Positions 35,616-50,009 of a stretch of 64,000 nucleotides of DNA are shown piece by piece (position 1 is the stretch's first letter; each line of letters starts with the position of its first letter). The translations under genes and the position numbers were made by a program. A model generated the notes under the pieces. It made no database searches. It had not been told where the DNA came from and saw only the letters and a list, made by a program, of their open reading frames with translations. Origin of the DNA: Moniliella sp. 'wahieum' (Eukaryota); assembly GCA_003971905.1 (NCBI GenBank), contig RSEE01000010.1, positions 372,001 through 436,000 of the forward strand. Reading direction: 5' to 3'.

Positions 35616-37074
35616 GACGCAGTTCACAGTATAACAGCGACTCCGAGAAGCAGCTATAGGACCTGCAACAGGGTTGCACGCCAAAGTCGCGAGGGGATGG
35701 GTACAGTGCGTGGGTGCTGGCTGCGGTGCCAAGCAACGAGGCTCGGCCACCCACACCACACAGTGCTCCAGTGCCCAGGCGGTGTGCTCAGAATGGAAAC
35801 CCAGGCGCCGTGCCTCGGCGGCTGACATGACGCGCATGATGCATGATGCATGACGGTGGTGGCCGAGCGTGGGTGTGTAGTCTTTTTGCTGTGACGATCA
35901 GGTCGACACGACCCGGTGGCATATAGACCCTAGGCCCTAGGTACGAGCATTGGCACACTCGTTGTCCGTCGGATCGTGAGGGAGGGCTTGGCACTTGACC
36001 TTGACGCTCTTGACATGTACGATAGTAGCTGGCGTGTGGGGCAACAGGCAGCAGCAGCAGGCTGTAGCAAGTTCTGCAGAGTGAATCTCTCACAATGTCA
36101 CTAATCCCTTATTGACTAGTCACCAGAAGCTTGAAGAAGAACGCCTTGGGTGTAACGTGTATCCCTCCACCAGAATGTAGAAATGATCGGCGATCGTCCT
36201 GTAAGCCGGTCTCCAGCGATCGGCGACCGGTCTCCCCCAACGCGCAACGTCTGTCGCGCGTCACTGTTTCAACGAATTGCGCAGCATCTTCCACTGTGTT
36301 TTGCTGGACTTTTGCAATTCATCTTGGTTTTCTCCTCGTCTTTCTTCTTCCTACAAACACTCATACGAAACATACGAATTTACGGATCCCGACTTAACGT
36401 TTAACACCTTAACCCCACGGCCGGTCGACTCACCAGTGCCTCACGAAGAACGCTTTCTAGATCTTCCCGTGGCGACGACCGCAGCGCCTCTTCCTGCTCC
36501 TCGGCTCGATGATACGAGCATATCCACGTAAACTATGCTCCGTTCCGGCTTATCTGCGGACCGTCTCATGGATGTTACCGAGACACAATAGGGAGAAATG
36601 ACATATAGGCATCCTCGCTGCCGTTGCGGTTCTAAAGGCTCGCGCATGTTCGGGAACACCTGCCGGAAACCGTCTTTTGTTAGTGTACGGACGGTAGTTA
36701 TAAAATCTTTGTCGAACCCCTTCCACCCTTTTCGTCTTCCTTCCCAATAGCACTCTTGTCATTGAGCTCTCTGCCGTTTTGGACAAGGTCCACCAAGTCC
36801 ATGAGCGATGGAACCACATATATCTCCCTTGACCAGCTGACACACACACGAGAGACGAGAGGACACGATTCTCCTCATATCCGATGGTGTTTCCTTGACG
36901 CCCAAATCCGCCCGGGATCTCGTTGGCTACCCTCTGCCTTGGACGATGTCCTTCTTACTGCCATACGGTTGAGCTGAAACGTTTTGAATCTCGGAAAGTG
37001 AAGGAAGTCGTGGCCATCCCTCCGGGGGTGCGCGTATTATGGGATGTCTCTCATGCCGTAACGTCCCTGCAGTC

Positions 37075-37245
37075 CCCCCTGTTTTCCTTGTTCATCCGCT
37101 TAGCCCCTAACCGCGACTGGCTGCGTGATGTTGGGCCTCTGTAGGCGCGTCGTCATGGTTGGTTTAGATCTCCACCACCACCACTAGTGTGATCGCGCCG
37201 CCCTCGAGGACCATCACGACACCGTCGGGTCTCATCAAACAGGCA
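37075..37245 (+). repeat. Dispersed repeat copy, homologous to 29040-29220
   Basis: Same shared blocks as 29040-29220. Confidence 0.75.
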
Positions 37246-37876
37246 CAGCGGCGATATATTATTAGTGACTGTGCGCGGTGGAGAGTTTTATGGCTTTGGG
37301 GGCAGAGAGTGGGGGGACAAACAAGACGGTGTGCGCTCGGCGGGGGGGGATTTTTGCTGGCTCTCCTTTTCCCCCCTCCCCTTCTCGCGTCTAGTGTGCA
37401 TGTCCCGCGCGTCGTGGACTAATCGATCGATGCCGGTGATCCCTCCTTGCGTTTGGCTCCAGCCTCACGGCCTGAGGCCCTTGAGGGCCTCATGCACATG
37501 TCCTCCCACGATCCCATCGTGCTCCGTTGAATCGACGTCACGTGACGCTGGAGGACATCTCACAACCGATTAGTGACTGCTTCGAGTCATCAGCCACACC
37601 AGTCGATCTCAGACCACGTGGCCCCAGCAGAAATGGAACATTTCAATTGACGTCGCCGCTGGGTTTGTTCGGAGGGCGTCTGAAAAATTCGACGTGATGA
37701 TCGATGATTTCGATGATTAGCGAGAGTGTGCCTGCACTCGGCCAGTGTTGGCACATGCAATTGCAATCCGCGTTAATACAACAGACCAACCTCCGCCACA
37801 CGACACCACGCCGTCATTTGCACCTTGCCCAACTACCGCCACCACCACCCTCACCACACTTTCCCGTTTCTCGTCC

Positions 37877-40800
37877 ATGGAAACACCCACGTCGGCTCTC
37901 AACGCCGGCACACCTGCCTTCATTCCCGCCACAGCAGCCGGATCGCTGTCTTCGACACCGGCCAACGCGCAACCTAAGCGACACGCTAAGAAGAAGCCGC
38001 CTTCCGCTGCGAATGCCCGTCCACAGTCTCACGCCAGTGGGTCTACCCCTTCCCAAGGAAAGGCTCAGCCCAGGGGACAGGGTAAGTCCAAAGCGAAGAG
38101 TGCTCCTGCCAACCAGTCCACCACAGCCGATCCACATTCTGGCGACTCTGTTCCTTCACCCCCGCGCTCCGACCAGGGCAAGCCGAATGGCCGGCGCAAC
38201 GCCAAGGGCAAGGGCAAAGGCAAGGGCAAGGGCAAGGCTGTTGCCTCTCTAGGAGACGACCAGCCCTCGGATCCATCCTCATTCCCTGCCACTCCACGGG
38301 AATCACATCCATCCTCAGCCCCGCGCCTGTTCGGTCGGGCCGCAACAAAATGAACACCAAGCTAACATCAGTTTCCCAGAACAAGGATGGCAAGACGGGG
38401 GCCACTTCGTCGCTAACTGCCCCCCTACAAGATGACTATCCCGACTTGCGATCCCGCCTTGTGGCAGAGCTGAGCAATGGAGCGTACGAGTGCGCCATTT
38501 GCTGTGCAGTGGTAGGTGTCCGAGCGCCGGTATGGTCCTGCTCGAGGTGCAGCACAGTTCTTCATCTCAAATGCGCCCAGATGTGGGCGAAAACCAACTT
38601 GGAACAGGCCAAAGCGACCTGGAGGGCGACTCATCCGGGTGAAAACCCATCCACTGCTGCTGAGGGCGAGCTGGCTTGGCGCTGTCCCGGGTGCCAGGCG
38701 ACGAACAGCGCAGTTCCCACGACGTACACTTGCTGGTGCGGTAGCCAGGTCAACCCCAACCCCAGCACTGCATCCCATCCCCCCGGAGCGATCCGCGTGC
38801 CCCATGGATGTGGGAAGCCCTGTCCCAAGGGGGAATGTGAGCATGGTTGTCCCTCCCTCTGCCACCCGGCCGCGTGCCCGCCGTGCCCGATAGTCGTGAC
38901 AAGGGAATGCTTCTGCGGGGCCAAGACCATCTCGGCCCGCTGCAGCCAGTTGAGCCACCACCAAACAGGCAAAGGGGGCATTTCGTGCGGTGCCCCCTGT
39001 AATAAACCCCTGGCCTGCGGGGTGCACACCTGCTCTCGTCCTTGTCACGCTGGCCCATGCGGCGGATGCCAAGAGACATATGTTCGCGCCTGCTACTGCG
39101 GCCGGCACACCCGTTCCATGGTGTGCGGCCTTGGCCAGCCTGTGCACAATGCATGCCCCTCTTCAGAGGGGCAAGAGGCCGCGGAATGGGACGGGTACTT
39201 CGTGTGCGATGAGCGCTGCGCACGCCCCTTCGCATGCGGCGTACATACCTGCGATGAGGGTTGCCATGCCCATGGGCTTGATGCTGGAGTATGCCCGCGC
39301 GATCCATCCAGCGTGACTTCTTGCCCCTGTGGGGCATCAAAGCATTCCTCGGATGCGGGGCTCAGAGCCGTTCAAGATGCTGTTCTGGCCCGCACAAAAT
39401 GCAGCGACCCAATTCCAACCTGCACCCAACCATGCGGTAAGGCTCTTTCTTGTGGCCACACGTGCTCCTCCACATGCCATGAGGGAACTTGCCCTGCATG
39501 CACAGTTCCTACCACCCGTCCTTGCCGTTGCGGGGCCTCTACGGCCACAAGACCTTGTGCACAATGGTCTATCTCCTCGGAGACGGACGTGGTGGATCCT
39601 TCCACGGGTGACGTCCAACCCACCTGCAAGGTCGTGTGTGGGACGCCACTTTCGTGTGTCAAGCACACATGTGCTCGTACCTGTTGCCCATTGGCCTTCC
39701 TCAACCCAGATAGAGCAAAGGAGGCGAGCTCTCATGCCAAACGCCCCACCTCGGCTCGAGCCGCCATCGCCGCTGCTGAGCGGCACGCCTTACTTGAGGA
39801 AGCCTCGGCGGCCGAGCGTGAATTGGCTGACTCACTGGGCCTGCACAATTGTCCCGCCATATGCGGGAAGCCACTCGCCTGCGGCTCACACAGATGCGAA
39901 AGGCAGTGCCACCGTGGCGCTTGTGGGCGGTGCCTCAATGCCTCATTCGAGGAGATCACATGCGCTTGTGGAGGAACCGTGATGGAGCCGCCTGTTCCGT
40001 GCGGAACCAAAGTCGAATGTCGGTTGTCCTGCCACCGTCCTGGTCCCGCATGTGGTCACCCCAAGGTGGCTCATGCCTGTCACGAAGACGATGTCCCCTG
40101 TCCCCCGTGCGTATACCTCACCACCAAAACATGTCATTGCGGCAAGACGCGCATGGCCAACATCCCTTGTTCTCGCGACCCCACGCATTATTTGTGGGAG
40201 CCCTTGCGATGCGACCCTCAACTGTGGTTACCAGTACGTCTCTTTTCTTTTTTCTGTTTTCCTGAGCTCACCCTGAATGATGTCCAGTCGCTGTACCGGA
40301 AAGTGCCATATTGAGGGGGAGGATTGTGAACATTGCACCCAACGGTGTGGCAAGCCTCGTCCATCTTGTGGGCACGCTTGCACATTGCCGTGCCACGCTC
40401 CTTCGGTGTGTAGCGAAGAGGAGGCCTGCACTGCGCCTATTGAGCTGCGGTGCTCATGTGGGCACATGTCGCAGACGGTGCGCTGTGGTGTGTCCACACA
40501 TTCCAAAGGTCGGTCCAAGGACCGAGAGCTGAAGTGCACGGACGCTTGCGCGATCGCTCAGCGCAATACTCGCTTGGCAGAAGCCTTGGGCCTGCCTGTT
40601 CCCACGAAGGCAGACGGAAATGGCTCCTTGACCCCACGCGGACCCAAGATTGTCTACCCTAGCAACTTGCTGGACTTTTACCGGTCGCGTACAATGGAGG
40701 GAGACAAGATTGAGAAGGCCCTTCGTGATTTTTATCTTCTGCCCCCCACGTCGGGTGGCAGTGCCTCCACCGTTCTCCCCCCCCCAAACCGGATGTGCGG

Positions 40801-41526
40801 GAGTTTACCCGTCTTCTTGCACGTCTCTATCGTCTCGACGCAAGGGATGTGGATCGTGATCCTAAGCGGTCGGTGATGATTAGTCGCCCGTCTGGGATGC
40901 AAGGCAGTGCCAACACCCTTCCTCCCCGTCCCACACTTCGAGAGGCATTGGCGGAGCAGGTCCAAGCCGCGGCTCCGTCCTTGACGTTTGGGACACAAGT
41001 GCGTAGCCAACCAAATGGCTATGTGCTGGACGGTCTGTTTGGTGTGGCGGAAGAGGAGATCCGTGCCGCGCTTCCGGTGTTGGCCAAACCTCGCACTCAA
41101 CTGGTTTGGCTCTCGGATTCGCGCTTGCTTATAGCCCGTCCGCAGCACAGCGACTGGCACGCCGACGCCCAAGCCGCTCTCCATGCCCGCGCCGCCTTTG
41201 GTTCGCCTCGCATCTTTCCGGCTCGGGTCGAGTGGAGCTTAGCTTCCGACAAACCCAGACTCAAATCCATGGCGGCTACGCCACTGACTACTTCGTCGTG
41301 GCCTGCCCAGTCAGCCACAGCCTCGGCCATGAGCCCTGCGGCCAATGCACCCGCTGCTCCCTGGGGATCTGCTCGCCCCACAGGCGGCACTTCGGCTTGG
41401 TCTGCCGTGGCGAAGCGGGCCGCCACCTCTGTCCCCCCAGCTCTGTCCACGGTCGCTACTCGCACATCCGAAGCCAGGGCCATGCGACATGCCACAGAGC
41501 ATGTGCCTGATACTTGGGACGCTTGA
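37877..41526 (+). CDS. FAP1: NF-X1-type zinc finger protein (FAP1/NFX1/shuttle craft) with RING, repeated NF-X1 fingers and an R3H-like region; intron about 40235-40288; frameshifts
   Basis: YECAICC..VWSCSRC..HLKC, WRCPGCQ, many CGxHxCxxxCHxGxC units, CTDACAIAQRNTRLAEALG and D.DPKRSV. Confidence 0.9.
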
Positions 41527-43591
41527 ATCCATTGGACTGAGGCCACGTGCTTACCGCACCGCCCATAACCTTACTTGCTCGATCTTAGTTTTCTAGTCAT
41601 GACTTTAGTCCCTGGCCGGAATAGCCGGAAATGTTATAGGTTCCGGGGCCGGCTCAGTGCACCCACACGTGTCAGCGTCAATGGGATGCCAGTAATCCTA
41701 CTGTAGTCAACACCCTCTTGTGACAAGTCGTCGTGCTAGGTATTAGCCGGATGAATATTGAATGGCCACCGGCCACAACCCGTCACCTCATAGGAAGCTC
41801 TTCGCTTGGTCGGTTGGGGTCCGGCAGCCGCGGTCTTTGGCCTTCTCTGGCTCTATGCACCCCGTAGGTTTCTTATTCAGAGGCCACAGGTGTGTGACAT
41901 GTGAAGGACAGTGACTCTAGTGACTAGTGACTAGTGATGCCATCGTTGAAGAATACATCCTGGTCTGATGAGGTCCCGGTCAGGTCTGAGGCCCTGAAGG
42001 CCCTGAGGCCTTAAACCCTTCAACGTTTTCAAGTTGAACTTCACCACCAGCTTCAGTGACTAGTGACTCCGTACTACACCGTCCCATTCCGGAGAACTGC
42101 ACGAGGGAGCGCGGGGACAGCCATCCGCAGAAGCTGATGTGCTCCAGGAGGGAGAAACACATCTATTCTCACAGTCATGAACCGGTTTTGTGCAAGAAAA
42201 GAGGAGAGGAAAAAAATCTCAAACGTGCCACGCGCGGAGAAGAGCGAATACAGAATGACGAGAGGGGAATTAGTAGAGTAGTCGAGAGAGTCGAGAGAAC
42301 GTCGGGGACTGTTGCACTTCGTGGGGAAAAGCAAGAGCAGAGGACATGCGGGGGACAAAGGGATAGGGGAAAGAGAAAGAGACGAGAGCGAAGCAGAGAA
42401 GATGGGAATGGGAGTCAGAGTATATATAGTAGACCGCAGTGACTAGTGACTAGGGACTAGGACCAGTGACCGTGACGAGTTCCTGGGTCTTTGGGGACAG
42501 GGACACGGGACAGGTGATGGAATAGGACATGGCATAGTGACTAGTGACAGGAACTGGCGCAAACGGGAAAATTGCGTGCGACATGCATGAGTGCCGTGGG
42601 ACACAGCAGGGGACAGCCTTGGTATTCCGGTGACATGTGACATGTGCCATGGAAGTGCATGAAGCGTGTGAGCGTCTGAGGGGTGCCAGGGGTTACCGGT
42701 TCATCCCGGTTACCAGCGTTGTCGGCAACTGGTTTCCCGGTTACAGCATGGTAGGGGATTACGGGTTGGAGGGCCAGTCCAGTTAGTACTTTTGGTACTT
42801 CTTGGTCTAGGTTATTCGTCCGGATCCTCCGCGGCCGGTGACCGGTTGGTCATGATGTGCATGATGCATGATGCATGATGATGATGATGATGTGCGTGAT
42901 GCACGCAGTACGCACCAACGCATCAACGTACGCTCAACATACCAGCGTACTTGGCAACAGCAGCAGCGTTAGTCTTGCCAAGGTAGGTGGCCGACGGAGT
43001 AGCCGGCTGTGTCTGGATACAAGCAAAAAATCCCCAGTGCCTCAATGCCTCAGGCTGGCGGTGGGTGCGAGTACATGTGAGTGGCCTCCGAGAGGTCAGT
43101 CTGACCGGTGACCCGGTTACCCGGGTACGGGGGGAGAGATGGGTGGGCGGCACGGGCCCTAAGGCCCAGGTGTCTGAGGCCCTGTGCCTAAGGACGTGAC
43201 GCGTGATGCCCACAACAGAACTCAGATGCAGTCATCAAGGGGATGGATGACGAAGCGGTGATGGGTGGGTGCCCCCGTCGGAATAGTGCGACACTGCGAT
43301 GGGAACAGAGCTGGGTGGCTGGCCTAGTGCCCTGCGCTTCTGCCCGGTCGCTGCTGCGGGCCAAGCGGTTAAAGCTTAAAGGTCCCCTCGCTCTCTTCGC
43401 AGCCCCTCGAAACCTGGCGAACGAACGAACGTACGCTGCCCCTCCCTTCTGGCCCTTCGTCCCAGCTTCAGCCCCTGTCCCCCTCCCACCACACCCACCG
43501 TCCCGAGTCACCAGTCAGAACTCCGAAGACGCGGCAACTCGATCCTCAGGCTTCAGTGTGCTCGCTGATCGATCGACCCTCCAAACCCATT

Positions 43592-44244
43592 ATGCGGCGC
43601 ATCAAGCATTTTCCCATGCTCAAGGAGCACGGCATGGCGACCAAAATGGCCACCTGTGTCTCCTTTCCGGTCAGACACCCTCCGTCCAACTCCTTGGTCA
43701 GCTCGCCCCCGATTTCATCTTACCCGACCACGAGGGGCAGATGCATCGTCTGTATGACTATCTGGCGCACGGTCCCGTCTGTCTCTTTATTTTTCCCATT
43801 TCCGGCAGTCCATTTTGTGTCAAGGAGGCATGTGCCTTTCGCAGCGCCCAGGAAAACCTGCCCGCATTTTCAACGGTTCGCTCTACCATCATTGGCCTCT
43901 CCCAAGATACACCGGAACGCCTCCGCAAATTCGTGGAACAGCACGACTTGACCTATCCCGTCTTGTCGGACTGTGAACGCCAAGTGCACAAGGAATGGAA
44001 CGTTGGAACGCGCCTTTTTGGACTGATGAACAGTATGCACGCTCTCTTTTTCTCTCCTATCCGCCTTCCGTTAACCCCTTGTGTCTTTGCAGAACGCGTG
44101 ACTTTCATTATCGACTCTCACGGTGTGGTTCGTGGATGCGCTGAAGGGGTGAACTATCGCGGGCACTTGCGTTATGCCCAGTCATGGCTTGACCGACTCG
44201 AGTCGGAGGATGCATTGCAGCAGGAGAGGAAGGTGCTGCTGTGA
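43592..44244 (+). CDS. Peroxiredoxin Q/BCP family protein; intron about 44033-44091; start and end uncertain
   Basis: APDFILPD, PISGSPFCVKEACAFR (PxxxSxxC plus CxxxxC), IIGLSQD, YPVLSD and RVTFIIDSHGVVR. Confidence 0.82.
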
Positions 44245-46455
44245 TGACCAACCAGGTCGGCCTTATGACACCCCCCAGCTCTCCTCTTTCCAGACACTAA
44301 GTATGAACGGGGGGCCAGAAGCGGAAGCGGGGTTGGCATTCTCGGAGTTGCATGACCCTCCACCCTCTTCGTTCGGGTCAGATCGCCATTCCACTAACAT
44401 TGGGTCCATGGAGCAAGATCGAGGGGAAGGTGGATATCATCCTCCGCATCCCCGTAATTCCCCCTACCTTCCTCCCGAAACCATCCTATCAAAACGTGGA
44501 TCTACTCAACTCGACTCCAACGACTCGTTCCCAGGTCTCTGTCATATCCGCACCTGTCGGAGCGGACCCTGCCTCGCGCAGTGCAAACCATTCTGCAGTT
44601 ACCATTCCGGCGCAACAATCTCTGCGATGTCCGTCCGTCGTCTCACATCCTTCCGAGCCATTCTCTGTTGGGGGGTTCGTCCTTCTGTTGCTGCTGTTCC
44701 TGCCTCAGTTGCGGAACACTCGACCGATTCGTCCTTCCGCACCCGATCTTCCGTTTCTCCTAGTCTTCGAGTATCGGAGGAGGGTCTGTCGAACACGCCC
44801 CAGAGCACGCCCCCAGAGTATCCGACACTTACGACATCTTGGTTAAAACCTGCTGCGGATGCACAGGCTGCAGTAGCAGGACCGAGAATGAGCCCAGACG
44901 ACGATGCGATGATGGACCACGCCATGGCCCTCTACCCTAATGTGCGAAAAGTTATGCGTCCTCGGTTGCTCAAGCCGTGTCCCATCCGTGGGTTTTCTGC
45001 CACAGAGGCCGACCTGGTGGGATGACGAATTGGACCATATTCGGTCCCAACAGAACCCCGTTTGTCGCGCGAATCCGACTCACGGGCTTCGACCACATCC
45101 CATGACACGCTCCTTCCAGGTCCCAACCCTGACAGCACAACCACTGCCACCAGCACCTCAATCGGACGGGCGCTCCTGCGCACGACCTTCCCGCACTCTC
45201 CAAACAGCACCATACCATCGCACCTCCTTGCACAACCATCCCTCTCATTCTCCCGTTATATTGCCTCCACGCCATCAACACAACCTATCTGATTGGGGTC
45301 ATGAAGATATGCTGAACCTTGCTTCCGCCATGCCGCTTACTCTCCCCACCTTTCGCCCTGAAGACTTTCGCAGCCCGCGCGCACGGGCCCGGGAGCGCCC
45401 ACCACTGCAGCTTTACCCCAAGGAGAGTACGCCCACAATTACCCGTCATAGGCCCTCTGGCTGGCTGGCAGAGAGAACCAAGTTGAATCACACCCAGTCC
45501 ACACCCCAGCTTGGCCAGTATCCTCGGCACGCCCTATCTGCTGACGTGTACCGTTGACCACATTGGCCCCTCTACCCCTTCTCACATTCCCACCCATCTC
45601 CGCATAACGCTTGTGTATCGCCTGTAGACCTGTGGTCCGTGGTCCCAAGCTCCATATTAACCCTTTCTAACTAAATGCCCATTCAATATGCACACTAGCG
45701 ATGATATTTGATCCAACTTTCATCGTATGCAATCAGCCCTACGCCCTCCGCCTCTCCTTTCTGCCCTTTGCTGCCCCATTCACTCGGGAGTCCCTCAGAT
45801 CTACACGACGGAGGAATGGGCCCTGGAACACGACCGACCGCATCTGTACCTGATCCCAGTCCCACGGGAGGGTTGCATCCTGCTGGCAACTCTACAGGAA
45901 CCTATCCACATGGGATGGAGACGCAGGCGAGCATGGATGGATAGGTGGATGGGTGGTAACGGGGGGTGACGCGGCGTGGGATCAACTAAAAGTGGGGCAA
46001 AAGAGAATAAAAACAAAGCCAGCCAAAGGAGTGGCGGCTTGCGGACTCGGCAGAGAGCGCAGAGGTGACGTCACACCGGGCTGGCGGGTGCCGGTGGCCC
46101 GGGCGGGGGGCAGGGGGTGGCAGACGGCGGGGGGCGGCAGGGTGCCGGCGGCTTAATTCCGCACCCGCTCTGGCTTTTCACCCGAGCGCGCTGGCTGAGC
46201 TGGCCGTCCGGGGCAGGTGGGCGAGGCAGCTGCCAGCGCGTCTGCTGGCCCAGAGCCGCGCGATGCGTGAAACGAGGGGCCAGCGTTTAATGCCCGGCAC
46301 TGCAGCGCTGTGCGCCCACACGTCGGCCATGTGGGCCAGCTTCGATCTAGCACGCCGACGCCTGCCGAAGGACGCCGCCCACCCAGCGCTTTTAAGAAGG
46401 CCCCGCCGCCACTGCCACCATCACCGCTCCCCCCATCCCCACCTCTTCCTCCACC

Positions 46456-47715
46456 ATGTCGCCCATCCCCAAGGAAAGACTGCCATCCTCGCCAAGAACG
46501 ACGACGATGGTGCGTATGCTGCGCGCGTGGAGCCTCTGCTCTTGGTACTGACGTCTTCCTCTCTCCAGTCGTCATCGTCTCGGCCCTGCGCACGGCCATT
46601 ACCCGCGCCAAGAAGGGCGGGCTCGCCCAGGCGTGCCCTGAGGAGATGCTCGGCAACGTTCTCAAGGCTGTCATTGCCCAATCGGGCGTTGACCCCAAGC
46701 TGATCCAGGACGTGGCTGTGGGCAATGTGCTCCCCCCGGCGGCGGTGCCACTGTGGCTCGCATGGCTGTCCTCTGGGCTGGCATCCCGACACGTCGGCTG
46801 TCAACACGATCAACCGCCAGTGCTCGTCCGGTCTGGCTTCCGTTAACCAGATTGCCAACGAGATTTCCATGGGCCAGATCGACATTGGCATTGGCGCCGG
46901 TGTGGAGTCTATGACGCAGAACTACGGCGCTGGCGTGATGCCCGAGAAGATGTCGGACGCGGTTTTGGAGAATGAGCAGGCGAGCGACTGCCTTCTCCCT
47001 ATGGGCATCACGTCGGAGAATGTGGCCAAGAAGTACCATGTCTCGCGCGAGGTGCAAGACGAGTTTGCGGCAAAGAGCCAACAGAAGGCGTTTGCCGCCC
47101 AAAAGGCTGGCAAGTTTGTGTCGGAGATTGTCCCTGTCACCTACGAGGATGACGATGGCAACACGCGCACCATTTCGGCTGATGACGGGATCCGCGAGGG
47201 TGTCACGGCAGAGGGGCTCAAGAAGTTGAAGCCTGCCTTGACAAGAATGGTGCTACCATGCCGGCAATGCGTCGCAGGTGTCGGATGGTGCTGCGGCGGT
47301 GCTCTTGGCCCGCCGGAGTGTTGCCAAGAAACTCGGCTTGCCTATCCTGGGCAAGTTCGTTACTGCGGCTGTCGTTGGCGTGCCCCCCAATGTGATGGGC
47401 ATTGGCCCAGCCTTTGCCATCCCCCGTGTTCTCGAGCTGACCGGCCTCAAGAAGGAGGACATTGACATTTACGAAATCAACGAGGCGTTTGCTTCGCAGG
47501 CCGTGATGAGCATTGACACGATTGGCCTTCCCTACGAAAAGGTGAACCCCAATGGTGGTGCTATTGCTCTGGGCCACCCCTTGGGCGCCACTGGCTCGCG
47601 CCAAATCGCCACTGCCCTGGCTGAGGCTAAGCGCTCGAAGGCCAAGCTGATTGTGACGTCCATGTGCATTGGCACGGGCATGGGCATGGCTTCGGTCATT
47701 GTTTCGGAGCAGTAA
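46456..47715 (+). CDS. POT1: 3-ketoacyl-CoA thiolase (POT1/FOX3 type); intron about 46511-46568; frameshifts
   Basis: INRQCSSGL, GAGVESM, MGITSENVA, SDGAAAV, EINEAFASQ, GGAIALGHPLGATG and SMCIGTGMG. Confidence 0.93.
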
Positions 47716-48187
47716 GATACAAAAACGAGGATAAAGCTTGCCATGAACCTTCTATGTACTATTCCTAGTTCTTTTGTGCTGTGTAGAGGAGAGGAAGCGA
47801 AGCGAAATGCGGGATTTGGAAAGAGCGTGTTGGGACAAGGTGATGATAGCTTGGCCTAGACGAACCTTGTGCGGTGCTGGCAGTAGGCCAGTGCACTGGT
47901 CACGCGCCTGCGCCTTCCCTTTGTGATCCTGCATTTGCGTTCCTTCCTGTCTTCTCTCCACGACCGACACCGCTTCCACTGGATACTTCTTTCACCCTTG
48001 CTCGTGATCAGCTCCTTAGCTCTTTCAGTGAGCAGGGGCCATCTGACTGCGACCAGTTGGTCACAGTGCAGCAAATGTAGAGCAGGTAGGCGCGGAACTG
48101 ACTATCTGTCAAGCCCATTGGTGGGAGAAGGTAAGGTAGGAGCAGCGTGTGCGGGGCAGGGCAGGAAAAGAGAACCTGTTTCAGGCC

Positions 48188-50009
48188 TCAGGGCTGAGGC
48201 TGGGGTTGAAGGTTGAGTAGGCTTGTTGCCTGCACTAGCTCTTCAGGGTCAGCACGAGATGGGCGAAGGGGCTCCTTTGATCCGGCTTGGCAATCCAAGC
48301 CCCGACAGCGCCCAAGTACCCCTCGTGGGGAGGAATAGGGCCGCTTGGTTCCCTTGGACCAGAAGCGGATGGCGTACGACAAGGTCGAGATGGTGCTCAT
48401 GTGGGCCCGGATGAAGTACCCGCCAAAGTAGATCCGATCCAGCTTATACTTCTCAGCGTTCATGTACCTGTAGTGAAAAATCGTTAAAAACCGCTATCGG
48501 GGGTGAAGGGGGGAGTCAAGTACGTACGCGATCTGCCCAATATTGTTCGAAATGGCGTAGAGCAAAGAAAGACAAATGTCCTCCTGGGCAAACCGACGCC
48601 GCCTCTGTTCAGCCAAGGGCGCAGGAGAGCCCGAAGTCGAGGCAGGCAGAGGCGGTGGGTCTGTTGCTTTGCGGAAGACCTTGCCAAAGGAAGAGGCAAT
48701 CGTGGTCGACTTGAGTCCAAACGCATTGTACCCGACATTGCCATAAATGTCGCCAACCATCATGTCGACGTTGGAATTGTCGCCCTTTTCGGATAGGGCA
48801 AGCATCTCGTCAAAGTCTTGTGCGTCGGTCAAAAGACTAAGCAGGCCCCAAAGGGTTCCTCCCCCTAGTGACGTGCCAGATACTCGCTCAAACTTGCCGT
48901 GGTCATCCACCTTGATGATACTGACGCCAGATCCAATGTTGACAAGCAAGCAGGGCAGTTTGGGCGAAGGGTGCGAGTCAAATACTGGTTTGTACAAGGG
49001 AGGGTTCGCGGACGGACGTGGCAACGGCTCCTGCACGGGAGGAGGCGGATGGGCGCCTGCATCGGCCGCGGCTCCCGACGCAGAGGAGTGTTCTCCCGGG
49101 GGTCGTGGTCGTGGGTGAGGCGCATGGAGAGCGGAGACAAGCTCGTCGGAGTACCAGTAGACTTCATCCGGAATGAGGGTGATGAAGTTCAAGCCCGTGA
49201 TGAGGCAGGCCATCTCGTCCGCCTTGCACACTTCGACACCCAGACGCTGATGGAACACATGCTCGAACTTGTGCGCTCCTCCCCCCGTAGCCATCAGGCG
49301 CACCCGTCCCGCATTTGTTCCACAGGAATACAATGCGCCTGGGCCGAGCGTTCAATCAGTCCATTCAGAAAGGCAATGCACTCGTCAATCTTGTCGGTTT
49401 CGAACTTGAAAGTTCAGCCGCCCTCCCGGCAGAGGGGCGGGTAGGCTTCTTCTTCGCAAGAGGGAGAGATCCATGGAGGCACTGCGGCTTGCTCGATGTC
49501 TCGAGCTCCCACGAGGCGCTTTGTCTTCAGCTACTGCGGTGTCGCCGTCATTGGGCAGATCGGTGCGAGAGGAGACAAGGGCGGCACTGGCTGATGCCAA
49601 GTCAGCCGCGGTGGGCGGAGGGCTCGGCTGACGGCTGCCCGAGGGGGATGAAAGTACTGAGCCGTACGGTGCTTGCGGTGCCGGGACAGATGCAGATGAT
49701 AACGCAGAGGTGGGATCAGGCAGAGGCACATGGCTAGACGAGGAGCGGGGCAAGGTGTGAGTAAAATAGACGACCTTGGCTAAGGACCCCCCCACGTCGA
49801 TCGCAATGTGCGATACATTCTCGACGTGGTACGGGAGGTAGATGTCGCGGCCATCGGGAGGTGGAGAAAGGGACATCTTGGCTGGTGCCCGACGAGGCAG
49901 CCTCGGCCTCGTCCTCCTCTTCCTCCACAATGCGGGCGTCGCGGGTGTCGACGAAAAGGTCAACAGGCGCCGCCGTGGGTGTCTCGAGCGTGCTGGCACG
50001 GCTTCGCAT
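48188..50009 (-). CDS. CAB1: Pantothenate kinase, type II (fumble); intron about 48525-48468; frameshifts
   Basis: AIDVGGSLAKVVYF, ATGGGAHKF, LLVNIGSGVS, GTSLGGGTLWGL, ASSFGK, ISNNIGQIA and HEGYLGAVGA. Confidence 0.93.

Noticed and set aside
47713..47800. Cryptic peroxisomal PTS1 by stop readthrough in thiolase
   Set aside because: The stop is TAA-GAT, not the TGA-CTA context, and no SKL-like end follows.
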